From: Tubiluchus corallicola
Lineage: Eukaryota; Animalia; Priapulida
Direction: 5' to 3'
DNA length: 64,000 nt
Assembly: GCA_030141605.1 (NCBI GenBank)
Contig: JAQGDQ010000360.1
Span: forward strand, 1-64,000
Shown piece by piece: positions 54,321 through 64,000 of this stretch (its first letter is position 1; each line of letters opens with the position of its first letter). The translations under genes were made by a program, and so were the position numbers. The notes below the pieces were generated by a model. It saw nothing but the letters and a program-made list of their open reading frames with translations, searched no databases and had not been told where the DNA came from.

Positions 54321-54660
54321 AATGTATAAATTACTTTACATTGTCAATAAGATCTATAATGTGTTTTGGTGAGCCAAAAGTGCATATTGGGAAGGTGACG
54401 GGTTCTGTTTTTCCGGGTTCACCGCGGTCACTTTAAAAGTTAAATTTTTTTCTAAATACACAAATCTTTCAAATATGTAAGCGTCATGCTAAGTATCATA
54501 ACTTTGTAGGAAAAATAGTTTGGGATTTACTATAAAATTCCCCTTTCTTCGCGTTAAACAAGTTGTTTACTGAACTAACAAGGTTTGGACTGTATACTCT
54601 AGTCCGGGCGCGTTCCTAGAAAGTTACCTTAACATTACTTGTACTGCGTGTTATACGAGT

Positions 54661-55102
54661 TTAAAAGAAGACGGACGATTGTTTAGACTCAATCTCATTT
54701 TAATTTACTGTCCAAAATATACATTTTCTTGCCTATAAAAGTTAACAATTGTTCCTTATATTTTGAATAATTAGCTTAGATAGTTAATTAATGGCAACCG
54801 AACACAGCTATTGCTTGCGTCTGAAACTAACCACAGTTTGTGCAATGGTAGTTCATGATCATGGTTATTAGGTACCGCCTTCTATTTGTCTGCCACGCGC
54901 ATGTGACAAAAAGGCCCCGCTGCCAATCTTAGTAGATTCACTGAGCCGTGCGTAGCTTTGAAAGTTTAGCGAAATTTGAGTATCCGAGGTAATTATTATT
55001 TAATCTAAGCTTTGATTTAAAATAAGCTATTGTAGTTTTCAATATTTTAGAGCATCTTTTATCCTGAACTCGGGTTTGCACAATCATCCGGTTTTCCCTT
55101 AA
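54661..55102 (+). mobile_element. Complete TTAA-flanked Kolobok-like MITE (~435 bp)
   Basis: TTAA-AAGAAGACGGACGATTG ... CAATCATCCGGTTTTCCC-TTAA; inverted partial copy at 58231-58680. Confidence 0.7.
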
Positions 55103-56018
55103 AAGAAGACAGGATGATTTTTATATATGTTTAATTTAATCTTAATTTATGTCTTGCTTAATGCTACCAGGGGTTGCAAGATGATTAAACAAACTGATGT
55201 ACTTCAAAATTTCCATTTCTTTCTCCTTAAAGCTACTAATAATTGTGTATTCTCTGTAATGTGGCGGCGCGTGGCGACGAATTGCCTAAACTCACATGGT
55301 CAGATATATACTGTACATAACGTATACTAGTTATTTCCGGTTATTTCTAGTAATTTCTGGTACTGACCGATTAATGTTTTGGTCCTTTGTTTACAATATA
55401 GCTCATTAATGCTCGATCCTTATTTTGATTCTTCATGGTTTTGAGTGTTACTTTATTCCAAACTGTTACGGATACTTACTGTTTTATTATATAGTTAATT
55501 TATTTATATTTATGCTGCTTTTTAGTCTCTCCATTAAGCTGAACTTGGCTGTTGAAAGCAGGTAAGATGATCTAAGTTTTTTAAATACATGTCTTTCTTA
55601 TCTTTATAATACGTTATTACCTGTTCTGTTTAAAATATTCTATTTTAACTTTGAAGTTGCGCTTGTAGCTCAAAAGCCAGTGGTTCAAATCCAGGATTAG
55701 ATTTGATTTTTGCATATATTTCCTTCTACATTTGAATTTAATTTATAGAGCTGCTAGAAGAAAAACATTCAAGTCTTTATCATATTGCCAGCAAACTGCT
55801 GCGCTGCCTAATTTAAACAATGTGAAAAAACTTTCCAACTGCAAACTAAAATCAATTTTAGAGGAAAACCAGAACTGTGTAGAAATTAGTTCAGAATAAA
55901 GGATGCTCTAAAATATTGAAAAGGACAATAACGTTTTCTAAATCTAAAATTATATTAAATAATAATTACCCATGCGACATTCCAGTAAAAATATTAAAAA
56001 GTATCTACATTCGTTATT

Positions 56019-56357
56019 GGTTGGCATCCTTCTGTCTCGGAAGACAATGGAGTGTGCGCCAAGAGAGTCAGTTAGTGATCACATTGATGGAGCTGCAGCG
56101 TCGACTGTGGCTGGAATGGCCTCTGCAGGGCGCACGCCTGGGCAAGGTGTATGGAGATCCTGAGTTGCCCAGACAACAGGAACCCCCTCTCTTCCTCGCT
56201 GGTGTAGTCCAAAGGAAAGCAGAGCGATACGTTTAGCACCAGGTTTGCTGCAGGAGCTGCCGGAGTCAGTGAGCATGCTGCACTGGTCCGCCTTCGGGGC
56301 TCCACTCCCGATTTGCAAGGGTTACTCCTCTACACATGGCCGTTGGGTCGCTTGACC
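56019..56357 (-). mobile_element. 5'-truncated copy of the RTE-derived non-autonomous element
   Basis: Colinear with ~28587-28910; same 3' terminus. Confidence 0.8.
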
Positions 56358-56359
56358 GA

Positions 56360-58194
56360 TCTAATGACTGCAGATGTTATAGCTAATCATTTATCGTATA
56401 TATTTAACCAAAATATTACGCGAAGCAAATTTCCTAATATATGTAAACAAGCTAATGTTACACCTAAACCAGAAACAGGACATTCACAAGATCCAAAAAA
56501 TTACCGACCAATTTCAATTGTACATGTTTTGTCAAAATTTTTAGAAGCAGTAATTTTCAAATTTGCAGATTCCTCGATGAAAAATAGCATATTAAATAAA
56601 AGTCAACTCGGATATAGATAAAATATAGCACAATAGATGCCCTGACCTATGACACAGAAAACTGGAGGTACTTCTTAGATCATAATGAATTCATTGCTGC
56701 CGGGTTTTTAGATTTAGGCAAAGCCTTTGATAGCTTGTCTCATGCCATCTTAAGCAAAAACTCAATACAATAGGATTCGATAACTGCTCGATTAACCTAA
56801 TAAAAGATTACCTAACGAATCGAAAACAAAGAGTAAAGCTAAACAATCACAATATAACATATTCAGAATGGGGTAAGTTAAAAACAGAGTCCCTCAAGGC
56901 ACCATTCTTGGCCTTTTGTCATTTATTATATATGTAAATGCCATCCCAAAAGCAATAGAAAACAACTGCCACATTACACAATATACAGACGACATTAGAA
57001 TCTATACAAAAAACAAACACTCAGAAATAGCTATAAAAGACCTACAAAACAACATACAAAAAATGTAATTTGTAAAAAGTAGTTTGTAAAAAATAAACAC
57101 ATTTTTTGATTATCATCATCTGCAAATGAACCCCGAAAAAACTGTTTTCATGCTACTAACACCCACTAATAGAAGCGAAGTAATATCAAACAACAAAACC
57201 ATGAAACTAGAAATATTCATTGAAGCCATACCTTAATCCAGCACTACACAATTCTTAGGAATGGAACTGAACAATAGGCTTAATTGGGAAGACCACATCA
57301 ACAATATAATTCGCAAAATGGGCCATTTTGTAGCAAGTAAAAGGCCAGCTTACTATTGATACCAAACTACTAATATACAAAACATTAACAATGCCTCATT
57401 TAACTTATGGCTGCCACCTACTTGCAAATATTTCTAAAACAGATAGGTTAGATAAAACTAAAAGTTATTCACTCAAACATGTACTAGGCCACTTTTCTAA
57501 AAAAAGAAATAAACACCATATAAACTCAGCCACTACCAATAAAGGAAAATTAAGAATACCCACTATAGAATCAAACATTTACTAACATACCTTAATATTT
57601 CTATTTAAATATATAAATGATATAATGCGTTCAAAGAAAATACTTTATTATTTATGCCAGATAAACATAAAACGAACGCACCTATAATCTAAAACAGTTA
57701 CTTACAAAAACACATATGGACACAATTCAGTACAGCATTCAACTTATGGAATTCAGCACCCTTAAGTATAAAATTAACAACATTTAAAACAGAACAGAAA
57801 AACAAACTGCTAACTCACAAAAGATCCTTATGGAAACGAGAAAGTAGAATTTATCAATAACTGGAGAATATAAAAAGAACACTTTAGACTCATAAATTCA
57901 TCATCATATAAGCGTCTCTACTATAAAAATATACGACTTGCACGGAAACTTACATGGCAAAAAGTAGCAAAAACTATCAAAAAGCATTAAAATTCACAAT
58001 ATTTCAAATGTCACCATCGTATCATCATGTAGACAAATTTTTAGATATGTAAAACAGTATTTTAATGTTCTTATTGATTTTTATCTTACACTAACTGACA
58101 CAATTGCTTACATCAGTCTGTCACTGACTGGTTTTATACACTGATTTTATGTATGATGTAATTTGTTTTACTCTGTACTAGTGAATAATTTTTG

Positions 58195-58200
<6 letters not shown>
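56360..58200 (+). mobile_element. Degenerate L2/CR1-group LINE reverse transcriptase region and 3' part
   Basis: Motifs FPNICKQANVTP, NYRPISIV..LSKFLE, FLDLGKAFDS, VPQGTILG, QYTDD with stops and frameshifts; right boundary approximate. Confidence 0.85.
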
Positions 58201-58230
<30 letters not shown>

Positions 58231-58232
<2 letters not shown>

Positions 58233-58680
58233 CCTCGGATAGTTAAATTTTATTGAACTTTCAAAACCTAAGCGCACGGTTCAGCGAATCGAATAAGACT
58301 GGCAATGGCGCCCTTTTGTCACATTCACGTGGCCGATAAATCGGCGCGGTACCGTGATAAGCATGACCATGAACTGCGTGTACGACTGTGACGTCAGTGT
58401 AACGTTGCCCTCATATTCGTGACATCATATCTGCGTCTTATCGTTGCCTATGCAAACATGTTTGACGTGCATGGAAGATGTTTACCGTTGCACAAACTGT
58501 AGTTAGCTTGTGACGCAAACGATAGCTGTGTACCGTTAATTAACTCTCCCATATAATTATTCAAATATAAGAAACAGTTGCTAACTTATATATATATATA
58601 TATATATAGGCAAGAAAATGTATATTTTCGACACTAATTAAAATGAGATTAAGTCTAATCAATCGTCCGCTTTTCTTCTA
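58231..58680 (-). mobile_element. Inverted partial copy of the 54661-55102 MITE
   Basis: Reverse complement of ~54663-54990 plus a ~110-bp extra segment and a (TA)n expansion. Confidence 0.7.
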
Positions 58681-59419
58681 GTGAAAAAAACGTTTTTGGC
58701 GGCCCCTTTTAATGTAAATTTAATGAAGTGAAACGAACCGTTTCAGTAAATGCACTCGAAACTAATCCATCATGTCTGCAAAACTTCCACACATAAAATT
58801 AAATTCATTTAACGAGGCACTTAATACATGTAATGGCGGAACATGGAAAATATTTGCAATAAACATTTCAACCGTTTATTCAAAATGAAAGAAAGAGGGC
58901 GAATCCAGTCCAATATGATGTTTTGGAGCAGAAAAACACAAAGTGTTTATAATATAGTATGTTCTGTCTAAGCTAAACTAAACTAAACTAAACTAAACAA
59001 CATGACAGGCACAACTAATGTCTAAACTAATCTAAGCTAAAGTAAACAATATGACAGTCACAACTAATGTCTTATCAGCAGACAAACTGATTGCACTTTT
59101 TCATAAACACAAATATGCAGAGCAGCAGCTATTTTTAAACTACACAAACCAGACCGCAATTTATTGATTGATTGATTTATTAATAACATTTATAAAATAT
59201 CCATCATTTTATAAAAAGGTGAAACTGGTTTGCTATGTTAGTTCTTAGGCCAGCCTATATTATGAAGTACCAAAATTCAAATACATCAGTTCACATTTGA
59301 TCAAATTTACATCACTTATATAAAAATACCAAAAAATAAAAAAAGTAATAAAATATATACAAAGTGTAAATTTTTTAAAAATTGGGAAACGTCGCTTAAC
59401 TGAGGTAAAAATGTTTTAC

Positions 59420-59630
59420 AGAAATCTATTAAATTTGCAATCAAGTTTCGACTGACTTCCTACTAAAAACTGACAGGCTGGATGAAGTGACAATGTCGTA
59501 ACTGAGGTCATTCCATATACTACAAGTTCTGTTTGAAAAATCATTTATTTAACAGTGAAGCCCATAGTGATAGACTAAGTCATCACCCTTGCCAACTATG
59601 TAGACATTTTTCTTGTTCAAAAAGAGGGAA
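59420..59630 (-). mobile_element. Possible CR1-like LINE 3' remnant
   Basis: Minus-strand reading FSNRTCSIWNDLSYDIVTSSSLSVF resembles the CR1 ORF2 end motif FS.R....WN.L. Confidence 0.4.
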
Positions 59631-59661
59631 TTCGTTTCTAAACGTTGCTTGCCAAGCAAAA

Positions 59662-59845
59662 CAAACGTGGCTTCCAAGGAATCAAACATGGCTTACAAGG
59701 AAAGAAACATGGCTTCCAAGGAATTAAGCATGGCTTTGAAGGAATCAAGCATGGCTTCCCAAGAATAAAACATGGCTTCCCACAGAAACAAACGTCCAAT
59801 CAATCAAGCATGGCTTCTCAAAGAAACAAACATGGCTTCCCAGGT
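59662..59845 (+). repeat. 21-bp minisatellite (aaacatggcttccaaggaatc), ~8 copies
   Basis: Read directly. Confidence 0.85.
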
Positions 59846-60189
59846 GAAGAAACTTTAGTAACACGCTATGTTTCAGGCGATGCCCTTGCGATCCTTTAAG
59901 TCATTCAAGAATTTTTCAGAGAAAGTGACATCACAAAATTAAGAAAACAAATTGACACAACCCACACCATGCCACCCACACCAAGCCACCCACGCAATGC
60001 CACAAAACAGCAGCAACAATGAGAACATTACGCACAAAGCTGAAGTCGCTTGAAATGCCAAACGCATCTTCTTTCCTCAAGGTTTCATTCCATCTATTGT
60101 AGGCATCGAGGTATCAACATATATTAGAGTATTCCACCCACTCCCATCTGCAACTAACAGTGTAAGTTCTTCTACTCCTAAAGGTTGAT

Positions 60190-60625
60190 TTGGTTGAAAT
60201 TGTTTAACATCATTATTTATCTTAGTTATCCAAGTTGTTTTAGGTTTTTGCAAGGTTTTAAGGCTTCCTTTAAGGCTATTCTTACTGGTGCTTCATTTGG
60301 TAATTTTAAAAGATGTCCTAGCCGTCTTAATCTTCGAATCATGACTTTTGAACTCCAAGAAATTTCTTTCACTCTACTGTATGAATCTTCATTTTTAATT
60401 ATGTATGGTCATCTTATCTTAAAAACTTTCTTTAAAAGACTTCTATGAAATGTATCAATCCGCTTTTCTTGAGTAATCGTTAAACCCCGAGTTTCACTGT
60501 TGTACATAAATATGCTGGTGACGTAAGCATTAAATAATCGAAGTCTTACGTTGAGACTTAATTTCTGACTAGTAAATACATTCTTGTGCTGAAGAAAAGC
60601 AATGCATTGCTTGTTGTCTTCTACT
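60190..60625 (-). mobile_element. RTE-clade LINE ORF fragment (post-RT region)
   Basis: LSLNVRLRLFNAYVTSIFMYNSET...FHRSLLKKVFKIR*...RRLRRLGHLLKL matches the RTE-type pattern K.RL....V.S...Y..E.W / R.L...GH. Confidence 0.7.
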
Positions 60626-61833
60626 TTTAATACAATTTTGGTGTTTAAAAAAGTTATGTGTGAATAGGCAAAAGTAAAATTATTTGTTTTTACAAGTAGA
60701 CCGCACTTTGACAGTGTGCAAAAACGAAATATTTTTAAATGCTTGTCCAAAAAACATTCTCATAACTATCACAATTTTAGTTATAGAAGTTATGAGAGAC
60801 AATTTCCAGGTAAAAGAAAAAATATTTCACATATAAGAGGCCCGTGGAAAGAACCGTAATATGTTCACAGTATGCAAAACTACTGATGATCTATAAGAAT
60901 GATGATCTTATAGTTCTGATAAACACTCCACATAATCTTTGATTACTGCTTCCTGAATAAACGTAATCATCTAACTCTGTAAAGGCGTTTACGGTTGCCA
61001 TAGAATCCGAATTTCGTGAAAATTTAGTACGCATTGTTTACCTCCCAAGGAGTAAATGGTAAAGCTATACATTACAACGAGAACGAAAATGAGAACAAGA
61101 CCGGCTTCGCGACGAAAGAGATCTGTTTTTGGGCGTTACATCGCAAAGGAGTAATCTAAAAACTGCCCTTTAAGCAACGCTGGTCTACTAACGCTGAAAC
61201 TACTAACTGCAAGATACCCCCTTCAAGAATATTGTTAAAAGAAGCCATGCATTTCTGAGATCAGCAAAGAAAGCAGGGAGAAGCCACACGTACAGACATT
61301 ACCACAATTTGTCATCTATTCAACTATTGCAATTAGGAGAAGATTTACAGCTGATGCGGCAGCAGCGTTAATGAGGCGTAGAAGTGACAAGAGGATGAAT
61401 TATTTACGTCATTAGTGAAGCCATACTTTCCACACGAAGCCAACACGAGGACTCGCTAAAGGCTTCAAACAAAAACAGAAGCGTCTGAATATTTGATGGC
61501 TTCTGTAAAAGCTTATTGATTATTGAACACTTTTACATCACAAATGCATTAATTAGTCTATAATCAAATGACTAATTAGTAAAAAATTAATGACTAAATC
61601 GTTCGCTATGTATAGATAAGATCATTAAAATGTAATGAACTAAAAAATTAGTAAATTTTTGAAACCAAGCAGAACCAAAGAAATGTTGAAAAAACGTAGC
61701 TGAGCCTGGATTTGAACCAAATACCTTTAGATGATAACTTCTATAGCGCATCAATGAAGGGTTTGTTAATTAGGGCAGTTAATTAGTGACAACCCACCAA
61801 AATTGGGTGAATCGAAACTAAACCGTGACGTTG

Positions 61834-62395
61834 TTACAGGAAGACTGGATGATTTTCATATACTACCCCATTTTCAAGTATAAGTATACATTTTAACACA
61901 GTTAATACTGCAACAACGTTTTTGATAATTAAATAATAGATTAAAGTCTTAACTAACTGTGGGGGAGTCCAACTATTGATGACATCACAAACTAACATAA
62001 TTTTCAACATCAAAAATATTCCACGAGCGTGTTGCACTCGCTAGGCAAGTCTTAAGACAAAAATTCAAATTTCAAATTTACCGCTGTGCTCATGCATGAG
62101 CTGTCGAACGTGTGTAGTTCATCACAAACCAACACATCTGAACTGAGATGTACAGCAAGCGCCTGTTTTTTGTGCAATGCGTTTCCGAAATACAGGCGCT
62201 AGTGCCCGTCTAACTAGCGAATGACGAAATGCATGTAACAGCGAAGAACTAGTGGCGCGAACGTGAAATTGTGTTTGTGTGATAATAATTCTTTCACGTA
62301 AATCATCTTTGAAAAAAACACAGTATGTTTCCTTTCAATATTTTAAAGAGTAGATTGTTTTAACCTTGAGTTCAAGAAGGGTTCGGTTTTGCTTA
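61834..62395 (-). mobile_element. Kolobok-like family K, near-complete copy
   Basis: Termini tta(c)aggaagactggatgattttc ... ccggttttgc-like (tcggttttgctt); colinear with other K copies. Confidence 0.7.
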
Positions 62396-62787
62396 GAAAA
62401 CATAATCGGTTTGATCAAAATAGCCGCTTAGAAAGTTCGTTCTTTTTACTAGGCAATAAAGATATTATCTCTCACTAAAACTATATCTCTATTACATTAA
62501 CATTTCTCTTTCAACACTCGCAGATGAAAACATCTCTGTAACACAAAATGCTGTGTTGATTTCCTGCTTGAATTACGTATAAACGGAAAATTTATTTAGC
62601 TTGGCTCTTTTCAAACAAGTAACCAGCATTAACAGATCTCGACTAGTTAACATAGGAGGTATGGCAAGACCGAAATCTAGAAAAATTATTTATTCGATAA
62701 AGAATATCGGTCACACGGCGCTAATAGCAAGCACAATGACGTTGCAATATTGTTTTTTAAAAGCAAAATTCTAGTAAGTATGAATAA

Positions 62788-63178
62788 GCCTTTCCACAGT
62801 TTCATCGATTGATGATGATTGAGAAGAGGTCAAAGGTTAAGTGTACCAGACAACGCATTTGTGTATACTTGACAACGCCTCGCAACCCATGCTATTGTAA
62901 TAGTAACAGTTTTAACAGCTAGCTAGAACTTTACCTAGTTCATTTTTTCTTGTTGCCAAGCAAGACACTGCTAACAAATCACTCTACACACAGACTAATG
63001 TATAATTAAGTCACGTAAAGTCCACGCAAAGCAACTGAAATCACCGAACTGATGCGACAGACGGCATTGCTTTGCCCATATATCAAGTGACGGTTGTAGT
63101 TAAGACGCTTTGTCGTGGTACACTTAACCTTTGACCCTACAGCAACCGGGCATGCGCACAATGAAACTTTGAAAAGCC
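62788..63178 (+). mobile_element. MITE family A, complete copy
   Basis: TAA-GCCTTTCCACAGTTTCAT ... ATGAAACTTTGAAAAGCC-TTA. Confidence 0.75.
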
Positions 63179-64000
63179 TTATTATTGTCTCTGCTTTTAA
63201 AGTAACAATAGTTTGATAGAATGTAATTATTTACTCTGTTCTGCTCCGATGTACTGATAGCCAAAGCTGCCTGCAAACATTCAAATTTACTTCTCGTTCA
63301 GTAAGATATCAGTCCAGTAACATTGGAATTCTGGACACTCTTACTCAACTGAATAGTTAATTACTGAATATTATCTATTTATCATTTTTCTTACAGTCTC
63401 CAACTAGATTCAGACCTGTCTTTGCATTGCTTAACCTCAGGTCACTAGGCATGCGTCCTGACAGTCGCACATTTTCATTTGTGATTTCTAATTTAAAGTA
63501 TAGGTACCCAATAATTAAACATGTGCTGCCACCTACATTTACAATTGTTTATTATTGTAACTTGACTCAAATTTGATCTAGGTTGTGGGCTTGGTCAGTG
63601 CTGCTCAGTCACCTGTACCTGCTGGGCTTCCCATGTATGGTAGTAAGAATTGCTAGTGAGTTTTATTAGCCAATCAGGTAAGCTTAGTAGGTGCACGTGA
63701 CTTGGGTAACTCTGCCAAGGTCAGCCTGGGTTTCTTTCTTTTGATTGCTGCTGAGTTGTCACCATGTGTGGTTTCCTTTCATGTAAATAGCGTAAATAGT
63801 AAATAAAATCTTTCACAGTTCAATGCAGTTTTCTATTCTCTTCTTGCTTTAACCACCATAGTAAACCTGTCATATAATTCAGTCTAACAGTATCTATTTC
63901 AAGCTTCTCTACAAATTCAGCTATAAAGTTTCTACAAGTGCTTCATTCAGTCTGCACACCCAACTATGAAGTTTCTACACCGACTAGTCAGCTATTCAGT

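Noticed and set aside
61690-61755. tRNA gene candidates (B-box GGTTCAAATCC on minus; similar at ~55682 and ~24158)
   Set aside because: No complete cloverleaf or clear A-box; at most decayed tRNA-SINE heads.
63520-64000. Possible LTR or promoter (CCAAT, CACGTG, AATAAA)
   Set aside because: No defined termini, TSD or second copy in the window.

Overview
AT-rich, microsatellite- and transposon-dense animal (metazoan, probably bilaterian invertebrate) genomic DNA; the species cannot be determined from the sequence. Two host loci are supported. (1) A spliced + strand gene (exons 28234-28306, 30260-30616, 31000-32109, 32264-~32343) encoding signal peptide + divergent SUEL/rhamnose-binding-lectin-like domain + 13x28-aa Thr/Ser mucin stalk + transmembrane helix. 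(2) A tandem cluster of intronless rhodopsin-class (odorant-receptor/MECA-like) GPCRs at 38.6-50.8 kb: 4 intact copies, 1 copy with a single in-frame TGA, and 1 old pseudogene. The rest is compound microsatellites, minisatellites, nested MITEs (Kolobok-, piggyBac-, Harbinger-like), two solo LTRs and LINE fragments (CR1/L2, RTE). Standout signals: a ~600-bp non-coding RTE-derived element with an HDV-like ribozyme fold; a LINE/RTE-element chimera inside a ~150-bp direct repeat; an inverted pair of Penelope-type minimal hammerheads; a 117-bp perfect palindrome; a ~10-kb inverted-repeat structure; and the same CGA>TGA hit at the ERY arginine in two GPCR copies. All alignments and identities were judged by eye; no searches were run.
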